A DNA stretch of 64,000 nt. Origin: an uncultured Chloroflexia bacterium. Its GTDB lineage: Bacteria > Chloroflexota > Dehalococcoidia > UBA2979. Location: NCBI GenBank assembly GCA_963728205.1, contig CAVSIV010000002.1, forward strand, positions 576,001 to 640,000, read 5' to 3'. Below the pieces are notes generated by a model that saw nothing but the letters and a program-made list of their open reading frames with translations, ran no database searches and had not been told where the DNA came from. Position numbers and translations under genes: made by a program. Positions 19,383-27,645 of this stretch are shown piece by piece. Position 1 is the first letter of the stretch. The number at the start of each line of letters is the position of its first letter.

Positions 19383-19667
19383 TCGCGACCGCCCGCACGC
19401 GAAGGCAGGCGAGAGGGAAGCCGCACGCGCACGCGGGTCGCACCCTCGCGTCCTGCCGGCCGCCATCGCACGTAAGCAGTCGATCGCTCACGGGGGGCGC
19501 TTGCGTTAGCCACCATTGGGGATGGAGTGGAACTAGCCGCTCCTCGGGCGCGCTGTGCCGGTCCCCACTGGATGCGCGTCGGGATCGGCCCGCCGTCGTG
19601 CGAACTGCGCGGCATCGATCCGTCCCGCCGCTCGCCCGCAACGCCCGGATGATCCAGACTCTGCGCC

Positions 19668-22124
19668 ATGCTCGTGTCACTGAAATGGCTGCGCGACTAC
19701 GTGGACCTGCCCGCCGACCTCGACGTCGACGTGCTGGCGCATCGCCTCACCGAGGCGTCGTCCGAGGTCGAGGGCATCCGCCGCGTCGGGGGCGACTGGG
19801 ATCGCGACCTGGTCACCGTGGGCGAGGTGCTGAGCGTGGAGCCGCACCCTGATGCCGACCGCCTCCGCCTGGCCACCGTGAACTACGGCGGCCCCGCGCC
19901 GCAGCGCGTCGTGTGCGGCGCGCCGAACGTCGCGGCTGGGCAGCGCATCGCCTTCGCGCGCGCCGGAGCCGAGCTCTTCGACGGCCACACCGGCAAGCCC
20001 TCGCGGTTGAAGCCCGCGACGATCCGCGGCATCGAGTCCTCCGGCATGGTGCTGTCGGAGCGCGAGCTCGGGCTCTCCGAGCAGCACGAGGGCATCCTCG
20101 TGCTGCCGCCCGACGCCGCGATCGGCACGCCGCTCGCCGACTACCTCGGCGACGTCGTGATCGACGTGCACACGTGGCCCAACCGCGCCGACACGACGAG
20201 CATGGTCGGCATCGCACGCGAGGTCGCGGCCATCGTCGGCGGGACGCTCCGCGTGCCCGACGAGTCGTACGCGGCGGAGGGTCCGCCGGCGGCCGACGCG
20301 GTCGCCGTGGAGATCGAGGACGCCGCGCTCTGCGCGCGCTACGTCGCGACCGTGATCGAGGGCGTGGCCGTCGGCCCCTCGCCGGCGTGGATGCAGGACC
20401 GCTTGCGCGCCGCGGGCATGCGCCCGATCAACAACGTCGTGGACATCACCAACTACGTCATGCTCGAGCAGGGCCAGCCGCTGCACGCCTTCGATCTCGA
20501 CCGCGTGCGCGGCACGGTGGTGGTGCGCACGGCGCGCGACGGCGAACGGCTCACGACGCTCGACAGCCAGGAGCGCGCGCTGACGCCCGACACGCTCCTC
20601 ATCACCGACCGCGACGCTTCCGGCGCGAGCCGGCCGATCGCGCTCGCCGGCGTGATGGGCGGCGAGGCGACCGAGGTCACGCCGTCGACGACGCGCATCC
20701 TGCTCGAGGCCGCGCGCTTCGACCCGACGAGCATTCGCCGCGCATCGACGCGGCTCGGCCTGCGCTCCGAGGCGTCGGCGCGCTTCGAGCGCAGCCTCTC
20801 GCCGGAGCTCGCGATCCACGCGGCGCGGCGCGCGACGAAGCTCTTCGTCGAGCTCTGCGGCGGCACCGCGCGCGCCGGCGTTGTCGACGTCTACCCGGCG
20901 CCGCTCGAGCGCCCGACCGTCACGCTGGCGCGCGCGCGGCTCGACACGCTGCTGGGCATGCACGTCGCCACGCCGCAGGTGGTTGCGATCCTCGAGGCGC
21001 TCGGGTTCGCGGTCCCGGAATCCGACGGCGAGCGCGCCGAGGGCCGCTTCGTCGTGCGCCCGCCGTGGTGGCGGACCGACGTCGCGATCGCCGACGACGT
21101 CGCGGAGGAGGTGCTGCGGCTCGCCGGCTACGAGGGCCTGCCCGGCACGACGATCCGCGGCCGCATCCCGGCGTGGGAACCGCGGCCGCTGCCGGCACTG
21201 CGCGACCGCGTGCGGGAGGCGCTCGCTCGGGCCGGCGCGCAGGAGGTGATCACCTATGCGCTGACGACCGTCGAGGTGCTGTCGCGCGTCATGGCGCCCG
21301 AGGACCTCGCGGTGATCCGCCCGCTGCGCCTGCGCAACACCCTTTCGTCCGACCGCCAGGTGCTGCGACCGACGCTGCGCCACGCGCTGCTCGAGGTCGC
21401 CGAGCGCAACATCCGCGCCGGCGCGAACGAAATCGTCGTCTACGAGGCCGCGCGCGCGTATCTCCCGCGCCGCGGCGACGATCCGGGGGCGCCGCTCCCC
21501 GACGAGCACGAGCTGATTGTCGGGGCGGTCAGCGGCGTCGAGACCGACCGCTGGGGACGCGCCACGGCGCGCCGCCTCGACTTCTTCGACGCGAAGGGCG
21601 TCGTCGAGGCGGTCGCCCACGAGCTCGGGGTGCCGCTCGAGTACGTCCCCGACCGCGAGTACGCGATGATGCCCGGCCGCACCGCACGCCTGCGCGCGGG
21701 CGGCGAGGAGGTCGGTCTGCTCGCCGAGGTGCACCCGCAGACGCTGGAGCAGTTCGAGATCGGGCAGCCGGTCGTGCTCTTCGAGCTCGACCTCGCGCGC
21801 CTGCTGCCGCACGTGCCGGCGCGCGTGGAGACGACGCCGGTGTCGCGGTTCCCCGCGGTCGAGCAGGACCTCGCGGTCGTGGTCGACGCAGACGTCGCGG
21901 CGGGCGCAATCCAGGCGGTGATCGAAGGGTCACCGCTCGTGGCCGATGCGCGGCCGTTCGACGTCTATCGGGGCGACCAGCTTCCGGCCGGGAAGAAGTC
22001 GCTCGCGTTTGCGATTCGCTACCAGGCGCCGGACCGCACGCTCACGACCGACGACGCCAACCGCGAGCAGGCGAAGATCCTGAAGCGCCTCGAGCGCCAG
22101 TTCGCCGCGGTCCAGCGCGCCTAG
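19668..22124 (+). CDS. pheT: Phenylalanine--tRNA ligase beta subunit
   Basis: MLVSLKWL, HPDADRL, VCGAPN, PNRAD, INNVVDITNY, GQPLHAFD, SARFER, FDVYRG...KKSLA. Confidence 0.97.
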   Translation: MLVSLKWLRDYVDLPADLDVDVLAHRLTEASSEVEGIRRVGGDWDRDLVTVGEVLSVEPHPDADRLRLATVNYGGPAPQRVVCGAPNVAAGQRIAFARAGAELFDGHTGKPSRLKPATIRGIESSGMVLSERELGLSEQHEGILVLPPDAAIGTPLADYLGDVVIDVHTWPNRADTTSMVGIAREVAAIVGGTLRVPDESYAAEGPPAADAVAVEIEDAALCARYVATVIEGVAVGPSPAWMQDRLRAAGMRPINNVVDITNYVMLEQGQPLHAFDLDRVRGTVVVRTARDGERLTTLDSQERALTPDTLLITDRDASGASRPIALAGVMGGEATEVTPSTTRILLEAARFDPTSIRRASTRLGLRSEASARFERSLSPELAIHAARRATKLFVELCGGTARAGVVDVYPAPLERPTVTLARARLDTLLGMHVATPQVVAILEALGFAVPESDGERAEGRFVVRPPWWRTDVAIADDVAEEVLRLAGYEGLPGTTIRGRIPAWEPRPLPALRDRVREALARAGAQEVITYALTTVEVLSRVMAPEDLAVIRPLRLRNTLSSDRQVLRPTLRHALLEVAERNIRAGANEIVVYEAARAYLPRRGDDPGAPLPDEHELIVGAVSGVETDRWGRATARRLDFFDAKGVVEAVAHELGVPLEYVPDREYAMMPGRTARLRAGGEEVGLLAEVHPQTLEQFEIGQPVVLFELDLARLLPHVPARVETTPVSRFPAVEQDLAVVVDADVAAGAIQAVIEGSPLVADARPFDVYRGDQLPAGKKSLAFAIRYQAPDRTLTTDDANREQAKILKRLERQFAAVQRA

Positions 22125-22127
22125 CCG

Positions 22128-24347
22128 TCAGCGACCACCGGCAAGGATTGGTGCCTCGTCGTCGACCGCGCTCGGCCCCTCGATCTGCAGGCGTGGGAGC
22201 AGGCGGTCGAGCCAGCGCGGCATCCACCAGTTCGCGTCGCCCAGCAGCGCCATCACCGACGGCACCAGCACGATGCGCACAATCGTCGCGTCGACGAGGA
22301 TCGCCGTCCCGAGCCCGACGCCGAACTCCTTGATCACGCGGCTATCCCCGAAGGCGAAGCTGAGGAACACCGCGACCATGATCGACGCCGCGGCCGTAAT
22401 CACGCGCGCGGTCTGACTCAGGCCGCGGGTCACGGCCTCGCGGTTGGTCCTCCCGTGCACGTACTCCTCGCGGATGCGGGAGAGCAGGAAGACCTCGTAG
22501 TCCATCGAGAGGCCGAAGAGGATGGCGAACAACATCATCGGCAGGAACGACTCGATCGGTCCCGGTCGCCCGGTGTGCAGGAGCGGCCCGAGCCAGCCCC
22601 ACTGGAAGATCGCCACCACCACGCCGTACGCAGCGCCGATCGAGAGCAGGTTCATCACCGCGGCCTTCAGCGGCACCGCGATCGAGCGGAAGACGACCAT
22701 CAGCAGCACGCAGCTGAGCCCGATCACGAGCGCGAAGAAATAGGGCAGGCGCGCGCTGATCAGCGTGCCGATGTCCTCGAAGGCGGCGGTGATGCCGCCG
22801 ACGTAGACCTGCACGGCGGTGCCGCGCGTCGCCTGCGGGATCACCCGGTCGCGCAGCACGTGCGTGAGCGCTGAGGTGGCGGCGTCCTGCGGCGCGCTCT
22901 TCGGGAACACTGTGATGATCGCCGCGTCGCCCGCCGCGTTCAGCCGCGGAGGCGTGACCGCCGCGACGTCGGGCGTGGCGCCGATCGCCTGCACGAGCGA
23001 CGCGAGCGCCGCCTCGCCGGCGCCGGCGGGCAGGTCGACGGCGAGCAGCAGCGGCCCGTTGAAGCCGGGGCCGAAGCCCTGCGACAGTAGGTCGTAGGCG
23101 CGACGCGTGTGCAGCGACGTCGGATCGTTGCCGGCGTCGGCGCTGCCGAGACGCAGCCGCAATGCCGGCATCGCGAGCAGCAGCAGCACCGTGAGCGCGA
23201 CCAGCGCCGCGACCAGCGGCCGGCGCTGGATTCGGTCAGCGGTGCGATACCAGATGCTGCGCGGGTCGGCGCTGTCCGTGGACTGCAACGCCGCGATGCT
23301 CCAGCGGTCGATGCGCGGGCCGACGAGCCCGAGCAGCGCGGGCAGCAGCGTGGTGGCGACGAGCACGCTGGCGAGCACGACGGCACTGCCGGCCAGCCCG
23401 AGCGCGGCGATGAACTTGATGCCGACCACGAACAGCCCGAGCAACGCGATCGCCACGGCGACGCCGGCGAAGATCACGGCGCGGCCGGCGGTGTTCAGTG
23501 CGACTCCCGCGGCGTCGGGTACCGGGGCGCCGCGTCCCACCTCCTCGCGGAAGCGCGTGAGGATGAACAGCGAGTAGTCGATGCCGACGCCGAGCCCGAT
23601 CATCGAGGCGAAGGCCGGTGTGAACTGGCTCATCGGCAACACGCGCGTCAGCAGCCCGATCAGCAGGATGCCCGAGCCGAGGCCGAACAGCGCGGTGACG
23701 ATCGGCATCCCCGCCGCGACGACCGACCCGAACGCCAGCATCAGCACGACCGCGGCGGCGACGAGCCCGATGATCTCGGAGCGGCCGGGCGGCGTCTGCT
23801 CGCCGGCCTGCGCCACCGGCCCGCCCACCTCCACGCGCAGGCCCTGGGCGGGCGCGTTCGCCGCGTCGACCGCGGCGAACAGGGCGTCGATGCTCTCCGG
23901 GGCAACCGTCGACGCGCGCGTGGCGTACTGTGCGGTGGCATAGGCGATCCGGCCGTCCCGGCTCACGAACGCCGCGGGGTTGTCGTACGGGGAGCTGACG
24001 CCGACGACCCCCGGCAGCTTCGCGACGCGCCCGAGCAATGCCTCGACCTGGCTCCGCACGGGGGCGCTCGCGATGCCCTGCGGAGCGTCGAACACGATCG
24101 TCGCGGCATCGCCGGCCTGCTGCGGGAAGCGAGCCTCGAGCAGGTCGCGCGCACTCTGCGACTCGGTGCCGCCGATGCTGAAGTCGTTGGTGTAGCGGCC
24201 GTGCAGCGAGCGGCCGACGACGGCCAGTACGACGAGGAGCAGCAGCCAGGCGCCGATCACGCGCCACGGATGACGGGCCGCGGTCCGGCCCCAGGCGGCG
24301 AGCGCGCCCCGCGAAACGGTGCCGGAAGAGCGAGGACGCTCAGCCAT
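22128..24347 (-). CDS. MMPL family (RND superfamily) transporter
   Basis: Two TM bundles with GLGVGIDYSLF and FGLSMDYEVFLLSRIREE; GFGPGFNGP. Confidence 0.92.
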   Translation of the reverse strand: MAERPRSSGTVSRGALAAWGRTAARHPWRVIGAWLLLLVVLAVVGRSLHGRYTNDFSIGGTESQSARDLLEARFPQQAGDAATIVFDAPQGIASAPVRSQVEALLGRVAKLPGVVGVSSPYDNPAAFVSRDGRIAYATAQYATRASTVAPESIDALFAAVDAANAPAQGLRVEVGGPVAQAGEQTPPGRSEIIGLVAAAVVLMLAFGSVVAAGMPIVTALFGLGSGILLIGLLTRVLPMSQFTPAFASMIGLGVGIDYSLFILTRFREEVGRGAPVPDAAGVALNTAGRAVIFAGVAVAIALLGLFVVGIKFIAALGLAGSAVVLASVLVATTLLPALLGLVGPRIDRWSIAALQSTDSADPRSIWYRTADRIQRRPLVAALVALTVLLLLAMPALRLRLGSADAGNDPTSLHTRRAYDLLSQGFGPGFNGPLLLAVDLPAGAGEAALASLVQAIGATPDVAAVTPPRLNAAGDAAIITVFPKSAPQDAATSALTHVLRDRVIPQATRGTAVQVYVGGITAAFEDIGTLISARLPYFFALVIGLSCVLLMVVFRSIAVPLKAAVMNLLSIGAAYGVVVAIFQWGWLGPLLHTGRPGPIESFLPMMLFAILFGLSMDYEVFLLSRIREEYVHGRTNREAVTRGLSQTARVITAAASIMVAVFLSFAFGDSRVIKEFGVGLGTAILVDATIVRIVLVPSVMALLGDANWWMPRWLDRLLPRLQIEGPSAVDDEAPILAGGR

Positions 24348-24524
24348 GACAGGACCCCTCAGACGGGCGCCGGACGGTGGACAGCGGATGGGAATTGCGA
24401 GCGCCGTCGAGCGTATCGCGAGCGCTGGCTAGGGACAGCCGGCCGACCTGCGGGGCTGCCCTACAATCGAACGGAGTCGACTCACGCTTCTCGAACGCCG
24501 GGATTCGCGCACACGGGGGCGCTG

Positions 24525-25670
24525 GTGAGCTGGAGCTGGTGGCCGTCGGCCAGCGGCATCGCGTGGGACTGGGCATGGCGGCCCCAGCCCGGCGTCTGGG
24601 CGGTCGTGGCCATACCTGTCCTGATCTACGTCGCCTGGATGCTGCGGGCGGGACCCGGCCGGGCCTCCGCGCGCCAGGCGTCGTTCTTTGCCGCGGGAAC
24701 GTTGGTGCTCTGGGCGAGCCTTGATTGGCCGCTCGGCACGCTCGCCGCCGGCTACCTGCTGAGCGCGCGCGCCGCCCAGTACCTGCTGCTCACGATGGTC
24801 GTCGCGCCGCTGCTCCTCCTGGGCACCCCGCGCGCGCTGGCCGACCGCATCCCGCTGCCGAGGCGCGTCGGGCGCGCGCTCTCGCACCCGGGCCTGACCG
24901 TGCCACTGCTCGGCGTCGTGCTGCTCGTCACGTTCCTGCCCCGGGTGGCGGACGCCGCCGCCGGGCACCCGGGCAGCGCGTTCCTCGTGACCATGGCGTG
25001 GCTCCTGAGCGGCCTGGCGTTCTGGTGGCGGCTCGTCGGCCCGATGCCCGAGGCGCGGCGCCTGCCATACCTCGGCGGGCTGGTCTATCTCTTCCTGCCG
25101 TTCGTCTTCCCGAAGGTGCCGGGCATCATCTTTGCGTTCCACGACCGCCCGCTCTACGCGACGTACGCGGGTGCGCCGGCGGCGCTCGGGCTGTCGCACC
25201 TCGTGGACCAGCAGCTGGCCGGGCTGCTGCTCTGGTTCGTCGGGAGCCTCATGGTGATCGCCGCGCTGGCGGTGTTGTTCTTCCGCTGGTTCGGGGAGGA
25301 CCGGCGGATGGCGCGCCCCGACAGCCTTTCGATCCCCGTCGACCAGCGCGCGGTGCACCTCCTCTTCGAAGTGCCCGGCGCCTGGACCGCGCTGGAGCAC
25401 CTCGTGCGCGTCGTCCGGGCCGCGCTCCCGGAGCCGCACTACGGCGCCGAGCTGCGCTTCGCGTACGAGGAGCACACGGGGAGCGGCGGGGCGACGCGCG
25501 TGCTCCTGGAGCTGCGCGTCGCGCTCGACCCGGACGTGGAGCGCGCGTTTGCCGAGCGCGTGGAAGGCGAGTGGGGCGGGATCATGCGGCGGCTCGCGAC
25601 ACCGCAGCGCGAGCTCGTGACGCGGCGGCTCGGCTTTCGCCTGGTCACTTACGGGTCGCGGGTGGGCTAG
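24525..25670 (+). CDS. Divergent Caa3_CtaG-family (cytochrome c oxidase assembly-like) membrane protein with extra C-terminal domain
   Basis: GTG 24525 within ORF 23109..25670; SLDWPL, APLLLLG, FWW, LY..Y, DQQLAGLLLW; TACAAT -10 at 24462-24467. Confidence 0.75.
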   Translation: MSWSWWPSASGIAWDWAWRPQPGVWAVVAIPVLIYVAWMLRAGPGRASARQASFFAAGTLVLWASLDWPLGTLAAGYLLSARAAQYLLLTMVVAPLLLLGTPRALADRIPLPRRVGRALSHPGLTVPLLGVVLLVTFLPRVADAAAGHPGSAFLVTMAWLLSGLAFWWRLVGPMPEARRLPYLGGLVYLFLPFVFPKVPGIIFAFHDRPLYATYAGAPAALGLSHLVDQQLAGLLLWFVGSLMVIAALAVLFFRWFGEDRRMARPDSLSIPVDQRAVHLLFEVPGAWTALEHLVRVVRAALPEPHYGAELRFAYEEHTGSGGATRVLLELRVALDPDVERAFAERVEGEWGGIMRRLATPQRELVTRRLGFRLVTYGSRVG

Positions 25671-25672
25671 CC

Positions 25673-25708
25673 GAAACACAACACAGCCGCCCGGGTGGGC
25701 GGCTGTGT
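25673..25708 (-). terminator. Intrinsic terminator after rplT (possibly bidirectional)
   Basis: ACACAGCCGCCC-GGGT-GGGCGGCTGTGT stem followed on the minus strand by a T-rich TGTGTTT tail. Confidence 0.75.
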
Positions 25709-25730
25709 CGAGGTCATGCGGGTTTGGGAA

Positions 25731-26087
25731 TCAGGCAGCAGCGGCCTTCGCCCGGTCAGCGAGCTTGCCGAAGGTCTCAGGCGAGCGCACCGCGAGGTCC
25801 GCGAGCATCTTGCGGTTGATCTCAACGCCGGCCTTGTTCAGGCCGTCGATCAGCCGGCTGTACGACAGGCCATGCAGGCGCGCGGCCGCGTTGATGCGCA
25901 CAATCCAGAGCCGTCGAAAGTCACCCTTGCGATCGCGCCGATGGTCGGTCGCGTACCGCAGCGCGTGCATCATCGACTCGTGCGCGACCTTGTAGTTGGT
26001 CCGGCGCTTGCCGCGGTGCCCCTCGGTCAGCTTCAGCACCTTGCGGTGGCGCTGGTGTGCGGGAACCTGGCTCTGGGCTCGGGGCAT
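25731..26087 (-). CDS. rplT: 50S ribosomal protein L20
   Basis: RRDRKGDFRRLWIVRINAA, YSRLIDGL, NRKMLADLA. Confidence 0.97.
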   Translation of the reverse strand: MPRAQSQVPAHQRHRKVLKLTEGHRGKRRTNYKVAHESMMHALRYATDHRRDRKGDFRRLWIVRINAAARLHGLSYSRLIDGLNKAGVEINRKMLADLAVRSPETFGKLADRAKAAAA

Positions 26088-26132
26088 CGTCGATCCTCGG
26101 TCTCGTGCGGCGGGTTGGTGAGTGCGCGGCGG

Positions 26133-26339
26133 CTAGCGGGCCGCGTCCGTGTACGGCAGGTTCTTCCCGATCGTCTTCGCCAGCGAGGCGTCGACCGGGT
26201 GGCGACGGCGGATCAGCTGGAGCTTCTTCTCATGGCTTCGCTTGTTCCGCTTCGGGTTCATCCAGCGCACCATGAGCTTGCCGGAGCCGGTCACCTTGAC
26301 CCGCTTCGCGGTGCCCTTGTGGGTCTTCATCTTGGGCAT
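26133..26339 (-). CDS. rpmI: 50S ribosomal protein L35
   Basis: MPKMKTHKGTAKRVKVTGSGK; lies between infC and rplT. Confidence 0.93.
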   Translation of the reverse strand: MPKMKTHKGTAKRVKVTGSGKLMVRWMNPKRNKRSHEKKLQLIRRRHPVDASLAKTIGKNLPYTDAAR

Positions 26340-26342
26340 CGA

Positions 26343-26939
26343 CTAGTCGCCTTCCGCGGCGGCCGGGGCAGGCTCCCGGGCCGACTCGGCCTCTCGCTCC
26401 TTGGACTGCGCGCTCGCGGCGCTCGACCGAGCCTTCTTGGTCGGGTCGAGCGTCATGGTCATGAATCGACCTTCGAGCTGCGGTGCACGCTCCTGGTCCG
26501 CGACGTCCTTGAGCGGCTCGTAGAACTTGTCGAGCAGCTCCCGGGCGACCTCCGGGTGCGTGATCTCGCGCGCTCGGAACATGACGGAGACCTTGACCTT
26601 GTCCCCGTCGAGCAGCAGCTTGCGAGCCGTCCGGATCTTGAATTCACGGTCGTGCGTGTCGATCTTGACCCGCATCCGCACTTCACGCAACTCGGTCTGC
26701 TTCGACCCGCGGCGCGACTCCCGCTCCCGCTTCGCCTGCTGATACTTGAACTTCCCGTAGTCCATGATCTTGCAGACGGGCGGATCGGCGTTCGGCGCAA
26801 TCTCGACGAGGTCCTGGCTGGCCTCCTCTGCGAGCTGGCGCGCCTCTGCGATGGGAACGATGCCGAGTTGCTCGTCCCCGCGAATCAGGCGGACCCGCGG
26901 CGCGTAGATGCGCTCATTGATGCGCAGTTCCTTGGCGAT
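26343..26939 (-). CDS. infC: Translation initiation factor IF-3, probable ATC start
   Basis: RINERI, DLVEIAPNADPPVCKIMDYGK, GDKVKV, FRARE. GGAAGGG lies 8 nt before in-frame ATC at 26939. Confidence 0.93.
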   Translation of the reverse strand: MAKELRINERIYAPRVRLIRGDEQLGIVPIAEARQLAEEASQDLVEIAPNADPPVCKIMDYGKFKYQQAKRERESRRGSKQTELREVRMRVKIDTHDREFKIRTARKLLLDGDKVKVSVMFRAREITHPEVARELLDKFYEPLKDVADQERAPQLEGRFMTMTLDPTKKARSSAASAQSKEREAESAREPAPAAAEGD

Positions 26940-27044
26940 AGAACGAACCCTTCCAACTCCCGCCGCGCCCGCGCCCGACGGCGCGAGTACTCGCGACTGA
27001 CAACCATGCGACGCTCGCCCACTCGGGGGCGGCGCCACCTCGAA

Positions 27045-27053
27045 ATCTTAGCA
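27045..27053 (-). promoter_or_regulatory. Extended -10 (TGcTAAGAT) for infC operon
   Basis: Minus strand TGCTAAGAT about 105 nt upstream of infC. Confidence 0.5.
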
Positions 27054-27129
27054 TTCCGGTCGGAGCCCGGTCACAACGCGTGTCGGTCAATCACCCCGCA
27101 ACATGGCGGGGCACCCCCCGCCAATTCGC

Positions 27130-27645
27130 CTATTCGTCCACGTCGTACTCGACGACGAGGTCGCCCTTCTCCACGCGACCGCCCTTGGCGCAGTGCACCG
27201 CGGTGATCGTGCCGCCGTGGCGCGCCTGGACCTCGTTCTGCATCTTCATCGCCTCGATCACGACGAGGCTCTGGCCCGCGGCGATCGTCATGCCGACCTC
27301 GACCCGCACGTCGACGACGACGCCGGCGAGCGGCGCTGAGACGCGTCCCGGCGGGTCCGCCGCGCCGCCAACTGCCCCGCGCTGCCGCCCACCGGCGGTC
27401 GCGGAGCCGATCTCGAACGGGCGGCCGTCGACGATCACGCGGTAGCCCCCGGCGAGTCGCGAGACGTAGGCGTGGCTGGGCCGCTCGCCGACGATCATCG
27501 AGATCAGCCCGGGCACGCCCGACGCCGTCGCGTCGACGAGCACGGGCTCGTCGTCGTCGATCTGCACGCTCAACCGGCCGTCGACTTCGTCGACGAGCAC
27601 GTTGTGCGCGACGCCGTCTAGCTGGAAACGATGCCGCGACGCCAT
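27130..27645 (-). CDS. accB: Biotin carboxyl carrier protein with N-terminal beta domain (acyl-CoA carboxylase)
   Basis: SAPLAG, EAMKMQNE biotinylation motif; ATG 27645 overlaps accC end. Confidence 0.88.
   Translation of the reverse strand: MASRHRFQLDGVAHNVLVDEVDGRLSVQIDDDEPVLVDATASGVPGLISMIVGERPSHAYVSRLAGGYRVIVDGRPFEIGSATAGGRQRGAVGGAADPPGRVSAPLAGVVVDVRVEVGMTIAAGQSLVVIEAMKMQNEVQARHGGTITAVHCAKGGRVEKGDLVVEYDVDE

Noticed and set aside
19518-19570. Fluoride riboswitch (GGGGATGGAGT start)
   Set aside because: It lacks the following TCCCC pairing and the downstream GCTRATGAC motif, and no crcB-type gene follows.
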